A stretch of 64,000 bases of DNA from Candidatus Euphemobacter frigidus (GCA_030765805.1 JAVCDH010000091.1:19047-83046); one strand, 5' to 3'; positions 8,707 to 18,468 are shown, numbered from the stretch's first letter. Made by a program: numbers and translations. Notes: generated by a model from the letters alone, not told the origin.

Positions 8707-9647
8707 AGAAATTTATTATATTGATTGTGTTTTTATTCTTCGGGTTTGGTCTGCCCATTGGCCGGGCGGAGGAAGTTCCCCGTCTGGAGAGTTTTCTGGA
8801 CCGGGATGTCGTAACGGTCGGGGATCTGATCCGCTACACGCTGAAAGTGGTGGCGGAGAAGCCCGTGGAAGTTATCTTCCCTCTTTATGATGATGGGATG
8901 ATCGGCGATTTTGAGATCGGGGAGGCCGGCGGGGGGGAGAGGAAGGGGGAGAATGAGAAGATTTGGGAGAGGCGGTACCTCCTCCAGGGGTTCGAGACAG
9001 GCGACTTCACGCTCCCCGGAGCAGAAGTTACATTACGGTTCCCCGATGGGGAGGAGGAGAAGCTGCAGAGTCCCCCCCTGGGAATTACCGTCAAGAGCCT
9101 GCTCGAACCTTCGAAGGCCGAAGCGGATATCAGAGCCATCAAGCCTCCGGTCGCCCTGCCGGTCTCTTACCGGTGGGTGTTGTACGCTACAGCCGCCCTT
9201 CTTATCATTATCGCCCTGACTTTTTTTTTGATAAAGAAGGTTTTTATCAGGAAGGAGAAAATTATCCCGCCGCCGCCTCCCCGTCCCGCCCATGAGATCG
9301 CCTATGAACAGTTGAACCGGATCAAGGATGATAACCTCCCCGCCCGGGGATTGATCAAGGAATATTATACCCGGATCTCTGACACGGCTCGTCATTACCT
9401 GGAGAACCGCTTTGGATTGCGGGCGCCGGAGCGGACTACCGAGGAGTTTCTGAATGATATGGCTTCGACTGATTACCTCTCAATTAGGCAGCAGGACCTG
9501 GTAGGTGACTTCCTGGCCGAGTGCGACCAGGTTAAGTTCGCCCGTTACGGCCCCACCGAGAAGCAGATAGAGGATGTTTATGAAGCTGCCATCCGGCTCG
9601 TGGATGAGACTAAAATTTTTTCGGAGAAAAATATTAATGGGGTTTAG
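8703..9647 (+). CDS. BatD-like / DUF4381-like membrane protein of the Bat operon
   Basis: TTG start with signal peptide, LDRDVVTVGD, DIRAIKPP-TM-PPPPP, YLENRFG...ERTTEEF, DQVKFA. Confidence 0.65.
   Translation: MKKFIILIVFLFFGFGLPIGRAEEVPRLESFLDRDVVTVGDLIRYTLKVVAEKPVEVIFPLYDDGMIGDFEIGEAGGGERKGENEKIWERRYLLQGFETGDFTLPGAEVTLRFPDGEEEKLQSPPLGITVKSLLEPSKAEADIRAIKPPVALPVSYRWVLYATAALLIIIALTFFLIKKVFIRKEKIIPPPPPRPAHEIAYEQLNRIKDDNLPARGLIKEYYTRISDTARHYLENRFGLRAPERTTEEFLNDMASTDYLSIRQQDLVGDFLAECDQVKFARYGPTEKQIEDVYEAAIRLVDETKIFSEKNINGV
9611..9639 (+). promoter_or_regulatory. RBS-containing AT-rich hairpin ending at the batA ATG
   Basis: TAAAATTTTTTC-GGA-GAAAAATATTAATG; near copy at 31624-31652 on the minus strand. 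Confidence 0.5.
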
Positions 9648-10641
9648 CTTTCACAATCCGGCTTTATTGTTTCTCTTGTTCCTGGTTCCGATTTATCTAT
9701 TCTTTTACTGGCGGCAGCAGAAAGGAGTGGCGATCCGATTCAGCTCGATCCGAACTCTGAAAGAGATCGGTCCCTCACCGACGGTGGTCTTCCGCCATAG
9801 CGTGGCCGTATTTCGGAGCCTGGCCATCATCTTTCTGGTCCTGGCCCTGGGCCGCCCCCAGAAAGGCGTGCGGGAGACCCGGATCACCACGGAGGGGATA
9901 GATATTGTACTGACCGTGGATGTCTCAACCAGCATGCTGGCCGAGGATTTCACCTGGGGGGGGAAACGCTATAACCGCCTGGAAGTGGCCAAGCGAGTGA
10001 TCGCGGATTTTATCCGCGAGAGGAGCGGGGACCGGATCGGAATGGTGGTCTTCGCCGGCCAGGCCTATAGCCAGTGCCCCCTGACGGTTGATTACGGCGT
10101 TTTGCTGGAGCTCCTCGACAAGGTGCGAATCGGGATGATCGAGGATAGGACCGCCATCGGGACCGCTATCGCCACCAGCCTGAACCGGCTCCGGGAGTCG
10201 GAAGCTAAGAGCAAGATCATAATCCTTCTGACCGACGGTGAGAACAATGCCGGGAAGATCGATCCTCAGACCGCGGCTAAGATGGCCGAGACATTGGAGA
10301 TCAAGATCTACACGATCGGGATCGGGAGCAAGGGTCCGGTCCCCTATCCGGTCCGTGATCCCTGGACCGGGCAGTTTGTCTATAAGCAAGTCGTGATTCC
10401 GCTCAACGACGCGAGTCTCCAGGAGATCGCTCGGACTACGAAAGGCGAATATTTTCTGGCTTCGAACACGAAGATGCTGGAGAGAATCTTCGCTACTATC
10501 GATGAACTGGAGAAGACCACCGGAGAGACGGTCATCTATACGGAATATAACGAATTATTCCCTTATCTCATCGCTCTGGGGGTGCTCTCTCTTCTGGTCG
10601 ACATCACGCTCAGAAAGACCCGTTTCCGGAGGCTTCCATGA
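9637..10641 (+). CDS. batA: BatA-like vWA domain protein
   Basis: N-terminal F.NP..L BatA motif, DVSTSM MIDAS, DRIGMVVFAG, ILLTDGENN. Confidence 0.85.
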   Translation: MGFSFHNPALLFLLFLVPIYLFFYWRQQKGVAIRFSSIRTLKEIGPSPTVVFRHSVAVFRSLAIIFLVLALGRPQKGVRETRITTEGIDIVLTVDVSTSMLAEDFTWGGKRYNRLEVAKRVIADFIRERSGDRIGMVVFAGQAYSQCPLTVDYGVLLELLDKVRIGMIEDRTAIGTAIATSLNRLRESEAKSKIIILLTDGENNAGKIDPQTAAKMAETLEIKIYTIGIGSKGPVPYPVRDPWTGQFVYKQVVIPLNDASLQEIARTTKGEYFLASNTKMLERIFATIDELEKTTGETVIYTEYNELFPYLIALGVLSLLVDITLRKTRFRRLP

Positions 10642-11672
10642 GGTTCGGCGCTCTTAACCTGATCTGGCTCTTCCTGCTCCTCCCGATCTTGGCTATTCTC
10701 TTCCGTTGTGCATGGCTTCGCAAACGGCAGGCCGAGAATCTGTTCGCCGATCGTCCCCTCTGGGAACGGTTGAGGATCGGGGTGAGTGACTTCAAGGTCA
10801 GCGCCCGGCCGGTCTTGATCCTGGCGGTTACGGCGCTTCTGCTCTTCTCCCTTCTCCAGCCCCGGTGGGGCTACCACTGGGAGGACGTTACCAGGCTCGG
10901 AATCGACCTGATTGTCGCGGTGGATACTTCCAGGAGTATGCTGGCTGATGACGTCAAACCGAACCGCCTGGCCCTGGCCCGACGTGAAATTGAGGACCTG
11001 GCCCACCTTTTGAAAGGGGACCGGATCGGCTTGATCGCCTTCTCCGGGAGCGCATTTACGCTTTGTCCCCTCACCCTCGATTACGGCGCTTTCCGGATGT
11101 TTGTTAACGATCTTTCCGTAACCACCATCCCCCGGGGAGGGACCGATATTTCCGCGGCCATCTTGAAGGCGATAGAGGCCTTTGGCGAGGGCCCGGGCAA
11201 GCACAAGGCACTCCTGATTATATCCGACGGCGAGAACCTGGCGGGCGATTACCAGGCGGCCGCCGAGGAGGCGAAGAAGAAAGGGGTAAAGATCTTCACG
11301 ATCGGGATCGGGAGTCCCGAGGGGATACCGATAAAGCTGACCACCCCGGAAGGGACGTCATATCTCAAGGACCGGGAAGGGAATATCGTGGTCAGCAAGC
11401 TGGACGAAGCGGTACTTCAGAAGATCGCGGTGGAGACCGGGGGGGCCTATCACCGGGCGACCACCTCCGGCCTGGAGCTCGAGTTGATATATCGGGACCG
11501 GATTGCCAGGATGGACAAGAAAGAACTGGAAAGCACCCGGAAGAAGGTATATGAGCACCGTTTCCAGTGGCCCCTGGCCGTTGCCCTCCTTCTCCTGGTG
11601 CTGGAATCGATTATGGGGGAGAGAAAGTGGAAGGGGTTGAGATGGTGGTTTTTATTGAGGGAAAAAGAATGA
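10638..11672 (+). CDS. batB: BatB-like vWA domain protein
   Basis: LQPRWG, DTSRSMLADDVKPNRL, PLTLDY, IISDGE, SKLDEAVLQKIA. Confidence 0.85.
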   Translation: MRFGALNLIWLFLLLPILAILFRCAWLRKRQAENLFADRPLWERLRIGVSDFKVSARPVLILAVTALLLFSLLQPRWGYHWEDVTRLGIDLIVAVDTSRSMLADDVKPNRLALARREIEDLAHLLKGDRIGLIAFSGSAFTLCPLTLDYGAFRMFVNDLSVTTIPRGGTDISAAILKAIEAFGEGPGKHKALLIISDGENLAGDYQAAAEEAKKKGVKIFTIGIGSPEGIPIKLTTPEGTSYLKDREGNIVVSKLDEAVLQKIAVETGGAYHRATTSGLELELIYRDRIARMDKKELESTRKKVYEHRFQWPLAVALLLLVLESIMGERKWKGLRWWFLLREKE

Positions 11673-12466
11673 ACGTCCAACGTCCAACGATTTTGAACAT
11701 CGAACGTCGAACATCCAACATCCAACATCGAACCCTATATCTTCTGATTGCCGCTCTTGTGCTGGTTAATCTCGGCCTGGGGAATCCGGGGGGTTCCCTG
11801 GTTAAAGAGGGAAATCGGCTTTTCAAGGAGGGAAAGTATGACCAGGCCCTGACCAAGTATAACGAGGCCCAGTTAGAGCTTCCCGATTCGTCCGATATTT
11901 ATTACAATATAGGTGATGTTCAGTACAAGAAGAGTGACTATGAAAAAGCGGCTTCGCTCTTCCAGAAAGCGATAGAATCCAAAAATCGTACGCTTAACGC
12001 CCGGTCCGGATACAACCTTGGCAATACTCTCTTCCGGGAGGGAAACTTTGATGGTGCCGCCTCTGCCTATAAGGCATCTCTTAAACTGAACCCGGAGGAT
12101 TCGGACGCGAAGTATAACTACGAACTTGCCCGCTGGAAACAGAAAGAACAGGAACAACAACAGCAGCAGGAACAGAAGCAGGAACAGAAGCAGAAGGATC
12201 AGAAGGAGAAAGAGAAAGAGGAACAGGAGCAGGAAGATAAAGATCAGAAGGACCAACAGCAGGAACGGAAGGAAGAAGAGGAGCAGCAGCCTCAACAGCA
12301 AGATCAGGAACAGAATCAAGAGCAGCAGCAGCAGCAGCCCCAGGAGATGAACCAGGAAGACGTGGAGAGACTCCTTGACGCCATGCTCTCCGAAGAAGAG
12401 GATCAACGGGGGGAGATGATGGAACAGAGGGAGGGGGAGACGCCGGAGGTTATCAAGGACTGGTAA
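11669..12466 (+). CDS. batC: BatC-like TPR protein with Gln/Glu-rich tail
   Basis: TPR repeats (YNIGD..YK, YNLGNTLF), Q/E-rich linker, C-terminal KDW; ATG 11669 overlaps the batB stop. Confidence 0.82.
   Translation: MNVQRPTILNIERRTSNIQHRTLYLLIAALVLVNLGLGNPGGSLVKEGNRLFKEGKYDQALTKYNEAQLELPDSSDIYYNIGDVQYKKSDYEKAASLFQKAIESKNRTLNARSGYNLGNTLFREGNFDGAASAYKASLKLNPEDSDAKYNYELARWKQKEQEQQQQQEQKQEQKQKDQKEKEKEEQEQEDKDQKDQQQERKEEEEQQPQQQDQEQNQEQQQQQPQEMNQEDVERLLDAMLSEEEDQRGEMMEQREGETPEVIKDW
11672..11733 (+). repeat. About 8 heptamers AAC(G/A)TC(C/G) at the batB/batC junction
   Basis: AACGTCC AACGTCC AACGATT TTG AACATCG AACGTCG AACATCC AACATCC AACATCG AAC. Confidence 0.85.
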
Positions 12467-12492
12467 TACAATTTTTTCTTCAAAAAATTGTA
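12467..12492. other. Perfect 11-bp AT-rich hairpin between batC and batD
   Basis: TACAATTTTTT-CTTC-AAAAAATTGTA immediately after the TAA. Confidence 0.5.
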
Positions 12493-12501
12493 GTTTTAAA
12501 G

Positions 12502-14364
12502 ATGAACCACAGATTACTATATTTTTTAATCGTATTCTTTATCTTAACTTCCGCGGTTAGTCGGGCTGATGAGGTCTCTTTTTCGGCGGCGGTTAACCGG
12601 AATAAGATCTCCCTTTCGGACCAACTTATCTATACACTGACTATCGAAGGAGCGCGTGATGGCCAACCGGTCCTCCCCGATATCCCGGATTTCAAGTTCC
12701 TTGGTAGATCGGTCAGCACCCAGTTCTCTTTAATCAACAATCAGACCCGGGTCAGTAAGAGTATTGACTATACCCTGATGCCTATCTCGGCGGGAACATT
12801 CACCATCCCTTCCGCGCGTCTGGCGCACGGGGGTAAGAGCTATACCACCCGTCCGATCAAGGTCATAGTCGTAAAGAGCTCCTTGCCGCCCTCGGCGATT
12901 GCCGTCTCCCGGCCGCAGGATCAAACCACAGATAGTTCCGGCCGGAGAAAGGAGGCGAGCCCTCCGCCGGAATCAGGCAGTCCACTCTTCGTCAGGACAG
13001 AGGTTGATAAGAAAGAAGCCTATGTTAATGAACAGATAACATTGACCTTCAAGCTCTTTTTTCGGGGACTGCGGATCGCTAACCTTAAATATTCACCGCC
13101 GCCCACGATCGGGTTCGTGGAAGAGAACCTTGACGATCAGAAGAGTTACAGCAAGGTTGTGGGAGGGGTGCGGTATGATGTGGTGGAGCTGTCGAAAGCG
13201 ATCTTCCCCATAAGTTCGGGAGAAGTGACGATCGGCCCGGCGGAACTCAGAGGCGATATTATCGTACCCCGTCGCTCCCGAAGTGGGAGTCTATTTGATG
13301 ACTTCTTCAGAGATCCCTTTGGTGAGCGGCAGCCGTTCGCTCTTCGTTCAAAGCCGATCCAATTGATAATTAAACCCCTCTCGCGGGAAGGCAGGCCCGG
13401 TGATTTTAAGGGGGCGGTAGGTGAATTCGGATTTGAGCTCTCCGCCAAACCGACCATTGTCAAGGTTGGCGAGCCGATCACAGTCACGATGAAGGTCACC
13501 GGGGCGGGCAATCTGGATACGGTCACCATCCCGGAGATCCCCTGCGGGGAGGAATTCAAGACATATGTGCCCGAGGTGGAGACGAGAAGAAAAGTTATTG
13601 GCGCGCGGGTAGGCGGAGAGAAGATCTTCAAGCAGGTTATTATCCCGCTCTCGGTCGATCCGAAGGAGATACCCCCTGTATCATTCAGCTACTTCAATCC
13701 CGCGTCCGGCGCGTATCGGACGATAACGGCTAAGACGATCCCGATCACGGTTGAGGCCGCGCCGGATCAGGGGCCGCTCTCTCTGGTGGAAAGTATGGCC
13801 TCCGGTGCCGGGAGGGAGCGGATCCGAATTCTAAAGAAGGACATTCTATATATTAAGGATAATCCCGGGCACCTGACACCTGCCGGCCGATTCTATTATC
13901 AGAGGCCCCTGTACTGGACGTTTCCGGTGATCTTCCTGGCGCTTCTCATTTCAGTCTGGGGTGTCCAGTCACGCAGAGAGAAACTCCGGTCCGACGTCGC
14001 CTACGCCCGGCAGGTGGGCGCCTCCCGGTCCGCGCGCAAGCGGTTCAAAACAGCCCGGGCTCATCTCAGGGCCGGCGACGCGGAGAAATATTACGGTGAA
14101 ATTCACCGGGCGTTTAACCGCTATCTGGGGGATAAGTTCGGCCTTCCGTCCGGAGCGGTCTCAAGCATGGTGGTGAGCGAAAAGTTATCGGCGGCGGACG
14201 TGGGATCGGAGATGATAAATGAGATTGAGTCCTGTTTCGCGGCTTTTGACCTGGCTCGCTTTGCCGGGTCCTCGGCGGATAAAAAGGAGATGGAATCTTT
14301 TCTCCGCCGGGTGGAGAAACTGATCGGCGATCTGGAGAAGGTTAAAATAAAATACGATGAATAA
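12502..14364 (+). CDS. batD: BatD family protein
   Basis: Signal peptide, three Ig-like repeats (VDKKEAYVNEQI, F.GAVG.F, VGEPI, SYFNP), TM helix near the C-terminus. Confidence 0.85.
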   Translation: MNHRLLYFLIVFFILTSAVSRADEVSFSAAVNRNKISLSDQLIYTLTIEGARDGQPVLPDIPDFKFLGRSVSTQFSLINNQTRVSKSIDYTLMPISAGTFTIPSARLAHGGKSYTTRPIKVIVVKSSLPPSAIAVSRPQDQTTDSSGRRKEASPPPESGSPLFVRTEVDKKEAYVNEQITLTFKLFFRGLRIANLKYSPPPTIGFVEENLDDQKSYSKVVGGVRYDVVELSKAIFPISSGEVTIGPAELRGDIIVPRRSRSGSLFDDFFRDPFGERQPFALRSKPIQLIIKPLSREGRPGDFKGAVGEFGFELSAKPTIVKVGEPITVTMKVTGAGNLDTVTIPEIPCGEEFKTYVPEVETRRKVIGARVGGEKIFKQVIIPLSVDPKEIPPVSFSYFNPASGAYRTITAKTIPITVEAAPDQGPLSLVESMASGAGRERIRILKKDILYIKDNPGHLTPAGRFYYQRPLYWTFPVIFLALLISVWGVQSRREKLRSDVAYARQVGASRSARKRFKTARAHLRAGDAEKYYGEIHRAFNRYLGDKFGLPSGAVSSMVVSEKLSAADVGSEMINEIESCFAAFDLARFAGSSADKKEMESFLRRVEKLIGDLEKVKIKYDE

Positions 14365-15121
14365 GAACGTCCTGACAGCTGTCGCTATATTCTTGAGTTT
14401 CATTCCCGCGGCACGGGGGGATAGCTCGGAAGAGGAAGTCCCCTCGCTCTTCCGCCAGGCCAATGCCCTTTATGCACAGGGGAGATACACGGAAGCGGCT
14501 GACGAGTACCGCCGGATTCTCCGGGAAGGCTGGGAGAGCGGCCCGCTTTATTACAACCTGGCCAATGCCTACTTCAAAACCGGCAACCTGGGCCGGGCGA
14601 TACTGAACTACCGGAAGGCCTGGAATCTCTCGCCTCAAGATCCCGAGATCAACAAAAACCTGGAGTACGCCCGGGAAGCCCTCCGGGATGATATCGCCGC
14701 CCTTCCTCTTTCTTTATGGACCCGGGTCAAGCGGGCGGTGATCCTTCAGTTTCCTATCGGGGTCTGGATCGGGATCAGTTCGGCCTTTTATTTCCTGACC
14801 GTGCTCTGGCTGATCGCGGTACTGATGATTAAACCCTTGAAGAAGATATCGCCCCCGGTCTGGAAGACGCTCGGGTTCCTCCTGGCGCTCAGTGTCATTG
14901 TGAGCGTGGTCGCTTATAATTACTACCATACCCCCCGGGCGATCATCCTCGACCCCACGGCTACCATCCGTTATGGACCAAAAGAGACTGACGCGGCCGC
15001 TTTCGAGCTTCACGAGGGGACGGAAGTAAGAGTTGTCCGGAAGAAGGATGGCTGGCTTCAGATCTCGCTTCCGGACGGCAAGTCCGGCTGGCTCCCCGCC
15101 GAATCCCTGGGAATCATCTGA
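14357..15121 (+). CDS. batE: BatE-like TPR + SH3b protein
   Basis: YYNLANAYFK.G.LG.AILNY, two TM helices, FELHEGTEV...W..I...DGK.GW. Confidence 0.85.
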   Translation: MNKNVLTAVAIFLSFIPAARGDSSEEEVPSLFRQANALYAQGRYTEAADEYRRILREGWESGPLYYNLANAYFKTGNLGRAILNYRKAWNLSPQDPEINKNLEYAREALRDDIAALPLSLWTRVKRAVILQFPIGVWIGISSAFYFLTVLWLIAVLMIKPLKKISPPVWKTLGFLLALSVIVSVVAYNYYHTPRAIILDPTATIRYGPKETDAAAFELHEGTEVRVVRKKDGWLQISLPDGKSGWLPAESLGII

Positions 15122-15159
15122 GGGGTCAGTATAATAAGGTTGGAACTGGTCTAAAGAGA

Positions 15160-17055
15160 TTACTTCTTAAGCGACCGGGCCTTTTTGAAGAAGGCGTCGG
15201 CTTTTTCCATCTCCCCCCGGCCTTTGTAGAGCCGGGCCAGGAGGGTGTAGAACCGGGGATCTTCCGGCCAGATGGAAAGACCCCGCTGCAGGAACTCCTC
15301 CGCCCGGATGTACTCGGCGTGAGCCGCCGCTTCTTTCTCACGCGCTTTTTCTTCTCTTTTTACCGAGCGGAGCGACCTTGCTTCCCGCGAGTAGAGATCT
15401 CCCAGGTTGATGTAGCAGGCTCCCAGGTTGTAGTAGGCGAGAAGATTTTTCGGGTCCAGCTCCAGCGCTTTTTCAAAGTTCTTGATCGCCGCCCGGAGCC
15501 GGTGGTTGTTGAGATGGATCACCCCCCGGTTGACATAACCGGCCGGGTAATCAGGGAATAAAGCCAGGGAAGCCGCAATGTATTTTTCGGCGATCCGATA
15601 ATCCTTGAGATGGTCGATATAGATGACGGCCAGGTTGTTATAGGCGGAGGTGAAGGTGGGATCGATCTCGATCAGGGTTCTGAACTCGCTTGCCGCCCGC
15701 TCATAACGTCCCCGGTCGAGATAGGCCTTCCCCAGATTGCCGTGGACCCGGGCGCGGCCCGGCGCCTTCAGAACATTATCCTCCCAGAGTGTGACCGGAT
15801 TCCTCCAGACTTGGTTTCGGTGGTAGGTGAGCCAGCTGAAGAAAAATATGATCGCGGCGACGAGGAGAAAGCGGGCTCTCCGGAGCCGGGAGAGGGTGCG
15901 GTAGAAGGAAGCGAAGACCAGGACCGCCCCGAAGAGCGGGAGGTAGAGCCGGTGCTCGACGACAACATCGATGATCGGAATTATACTCGATTCCGGCAGA
16001 AGGATGATGATGAACCACCAGATGCCGAAGCCGGCCACAATAAGATTTTTTCTCTTACAGCAGTACAGAGCGATAATGACAAGAGAGATAATCGTTGCCA
16101 GATAAACAACAACTCCCGGTTCAAAGAGAGAATAAATCTTAGGATAGTCGTAATCGACCTGCTGGTTAACAGGGAGGACCAGAAGGCGGAGGTAGGTGAT
16201 GAAGACCCGGGACTGGGTGAGGAGGTAGAGGCGGGGCGACTCCCCGTGCCCGGGGGCGGTCTCATTCATGAGCCCCGCTTCCCTCAGCCATTCAACCTGC
16301 CCCGAGTCGTTGAAATGGGGGTTGTCGCTGTTTAACCGGATAACGGCCGGGATGACCAGAAGAGCGATCAGAAACGGCAGGAGCCGGATAATCCGCCCCG
16401 GCCTCAGCGTTGGAATATCACGTAAGAGCAGATACTCGACCAGAACCAGCGTCAGGGGGATGGTGATCGTGAACTCCTTAGTAAACATGGCGCAGACCGC
16501 GAACAGCAGAGAAAGGAGGTAGAAGATGAAGTAAAAATGATTATCATTCGTTGGATTCTTTGCGTCATGCTCAACGTTATTCTTTTTTTTCTGAAAGCAT
16601 TTTAGATAAAAAAGAATCGAGAGCAGGTAGAAACCGGCGGCGAGTGAGGTAGTCCGCTGGATGACATAGGTCACGGCCTGGGTTTGGAGGGGATGGGAGA
16701 GAAAGATCAGAGCGCCGATCAGGGCCGCACCTCGGTCGCCTTTCCCCAGCAATCGGCGAAGGAGGAAGTAAACCACCAGGGCGTTAAAGAGGTGAAGGAC
16801 GATATTACTCAGGTGATAGGCAAAGGGTTTGAGGGCGGAAAAATGGAAGTTTGCCGCCAGACTCAAGTAGGTAAAAAAACGGGTCGGCCAGTAGTTGAAG
16901 ATGGCTTCAGGGTCGAGACGGCGGAGAACGACGTTGTCGCGGATGGAAGGTCCGTCATCAAGATGAAATGAGGCCGAGAAAGCGTACCGATAAATGATCG
17001 CCCCGATCAGGACGAGCAGAAGGAGATGGACGGCTGTGCGAACTGCTGATTTCAT
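15160..17055 (-). CDS. TMTC-like GT-C glycosyltransferase with C-terminal TPRs
   Basis: FHLDD, HP.QTQAV.Y..QR, KE, EHRLYLP, RN.VW....LW motifs, then TPR repeats. Confidence 0.8.
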   Translation of the reverse strand: MKSAVRTAVHLLLLVLIGAIIYRYAFSASFHLDDGPSIRDNVVLRRLDPEAIFNYWPTRFFTYLSLAANFHFSALKPFAYHLSNIVLHLFNALVVYFLLRRLLGKGDRGAALIGALIFLSHPLQTQAVTYVIQRTTSLAAGFYLLSILFYLKCFQKKKNNVEHDAKNPTNDNHFYFIFYLLSLLFAVCAMFTKEFTITIPLTLVLVEYLLLRDIPTLRPGRIIRLLPFLIALLVIPAVIRLNSDNPHFNDSGQVEWLREAGLMNETAPGHGESPRLYLLTQSRVFITYLRLLVLPVNQQVDYDYPKIYSLFEPGVVVYLATIISLVIIALYCCKRKNLIVAGFGIWWFIIILLPESSIIPIIDVVVEHRLYLPLFGAVLVFASFYRTLSRLRRARFLLVAAIIFFFSWLTYHRNQVWRNPVTLWEDNVLKAPGRARVHGNLGKAYLDRGRYERAASEFRTLIEIDPTFTSAYNNLAVIYIDHLKDYRIAEKYIAASLALFPDYPAGYVNRGVIHLNNHRLRAAIKNFEKALELDPKNLLAYYNLGACYINLGDLYSREARSLRSVKREEKAREKEAAAHAEYIRAEEFLQRGLSIWPEDPRFYTLLARLYKGRGEMEKADAFFKKARSLKK

Positions 17056-17152
17056 GTTAAAATTTTTTCACCGCCACGACTATCAGGGTTCACAAAACTT
17101 TAGGATATAATGAGACGGCCTGAACCACAAAGCTTTATTTTCGGATTGATAC

Positions 17153-17181
17153 TTGACGTCGTACTGGCAATATACTATCTT
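17153..17181 (+). promoter_or_regulatory. Putative sigma-70 promoter of the tRNA
   Basis: TTGACG-17 nt-TATCTT, 11 nt upstream of the tRNA. Confidence 0.5.
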
Positions 17182-17192
17182 ATATCACACGA

Positions 17193-17266
<74 letters not shown>

Positions 17267-17269
17267 CTA

Positions 17270-17303
17270 AAAAAGGCCAGGGTCACGACCCGGGCCTTTT
17301 TTT
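17270..17303 (+). terminator. Intrinsic terminator after the tRNA
   Basis: AAAAGGCC-AGGGTC-AC-GACCC-GGGCC-TTTTTTT. Confidence 0.75.
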
Positions 17304-17348
17304 ATAGCTGAAGGACCCACTTAAGCATAAAGTGAATCATACCAATGC

Positions 17349-17378
17349 TTGACGTTTTACATTTTTCAATGATATAAT
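17349..17378 (+). promoter_or_regulatory. Sigma-70 promoter with extended -10
   Basis: TTGACG-18 nt-TATAAT with TG upstream of the -10. Confidence 0.65.
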
Positions 17379-17437
17379 ATAAAGTAGAGACTGAAGATCT
17401 CTACTTTATAGCTCTTGTTTTTTCGCAGAAAAAACAG

Positions 17438-18409
17438 ATGGCGCAGTTAATTTCAATCCGACAGTTAAATCCGGACCGGGTCCCGGTCACCATCAAGGCG
17501 CGGGTTATCTCGCTCCGTCCGTCCCCCCGCGAACTGGTTGCCCGGGAAGGAAGGCTGGAAGATGAGACAGGGATTATTCAGTTCACGCTCTGGACCTCCT
17601 CCGGCATTAAAGATCTGGAGAAAGGCCAGCAGTATATCTTTCATCGGGCGGGATTGGGTAAGCTGGAGGGGGAGCTCAGGATTCAACTGGAGGAGAGCAG
17701 CTGGGCGTATCCGGTAAATGAAGAGACCGATACCTACCGGATCATGATCAAGATTGCCCAGCAGGAGCAGGCGGAGAGGAGAAGGCTGATGAAGGGGGCC
17801 AAGATAACCAGGGCCGACTGGAGCCGTCCGAAAAGAACTAAATTCAGCATCGCCATCGCCGCGGGGTTCGTTATCTGGGGTCTGGTTATGGTCCTGGTCT
17901 TTACGGACTTGATCACCGAGGAAAAGATACGGCACTTCTTCCAGGGCCGGAGGGCTTCTCGCCGGGCGGAGACCGCCCGGAAGGCCGCCACCGTCTCCCG
18001 GGAGGGTGAGGTGAAGGAAGTCCTGGAAGGCGGGATAATTACGGTGAAGGTGGGGGAGGAGCTGTGGACGATCCACTACCTGGGCTTGGATGTTCCCCGG
18101 TTACCGTCCCGGAAGGGAGGCCCGATCGATCCACTGGCGTTGCAGGCCCTGAACTTCAACAAGTTTTTGGCCCGGAATAAGACAGTCCGCCTGGAGTTTG
18201 AAGAGTGGCTACCCCCGGAAGACGGCGAGGCCCGGGCCTATGTCTTTGACGGGGAGAAGATGCTGAATATCGCCTTGCTCGAGCGGGGGCTGGCTCGCCT
18301 CCGGAAAGAAGCCGGCGAGCTGTCCTACTCTGAACGTCTCTCCCGGGCCGAGGAGTCGGCCCGGTCTGCCCGGAAGGGGATCTGGCGAAAGAGCGCTTTG
18401 GCGAAATAG
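17438..18409 (+). CDS. OB-fold + TM + thermonuclease (SNase)-like fusion protein
   Basis: RPA-like OB fold (G.LEDETG.I.FTLW), TM helix, SNase-like C-terminus (VRLEF, N..LLERGLA, AEE.AR..RKGIW). Confidence 0.65.
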   Translation: MAQLISIRQLNPDRVPVTIKARVISLRPSPRELVAREGRLEDETGIIQFTLWTSSGIKDLEKGQQYIFHRAGLGKLEGELRIQLEESSWAYPVNEETDTYRIMIKIAQQEQAERRRLMKGAKITRADWSRPKRTKFSIAIAAGFVIWGLVMVLVFTDLITEEKIRHFFQGRRASRRAETARKAATVSREGEVKEVLEGGIITVKVGEELWTIHYLGLDVPRLPSRKGGPIDPLALQALNFNKFLARNKTVRLEFEEWLPPEDGEARAYVFDGEKMLNIALLERGLARLRKEAGELSYSERLSRAEESARSARKGIWRKSALAK

Positions 18410-18468
18410 GTTGAGGGACTTGCCGCTTCTGAATCTTGGTAAGCTTTAAGTGAACTCATATCTGCGGT

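Noticed and set aside
11873..12406. Leu-rich antisense ORF
   Set aside because: It is the mirror of the Gln/Glu-rich BatC tail.
2748..15121. Single ECF-sigma-to-bat operon
   Set aside because: A terminator-like hairpin at 3933-3962 and a 160-bp gap separate the anti-sigma gene from htrA; regulation by this sigma factor cannot be shown from sequence.
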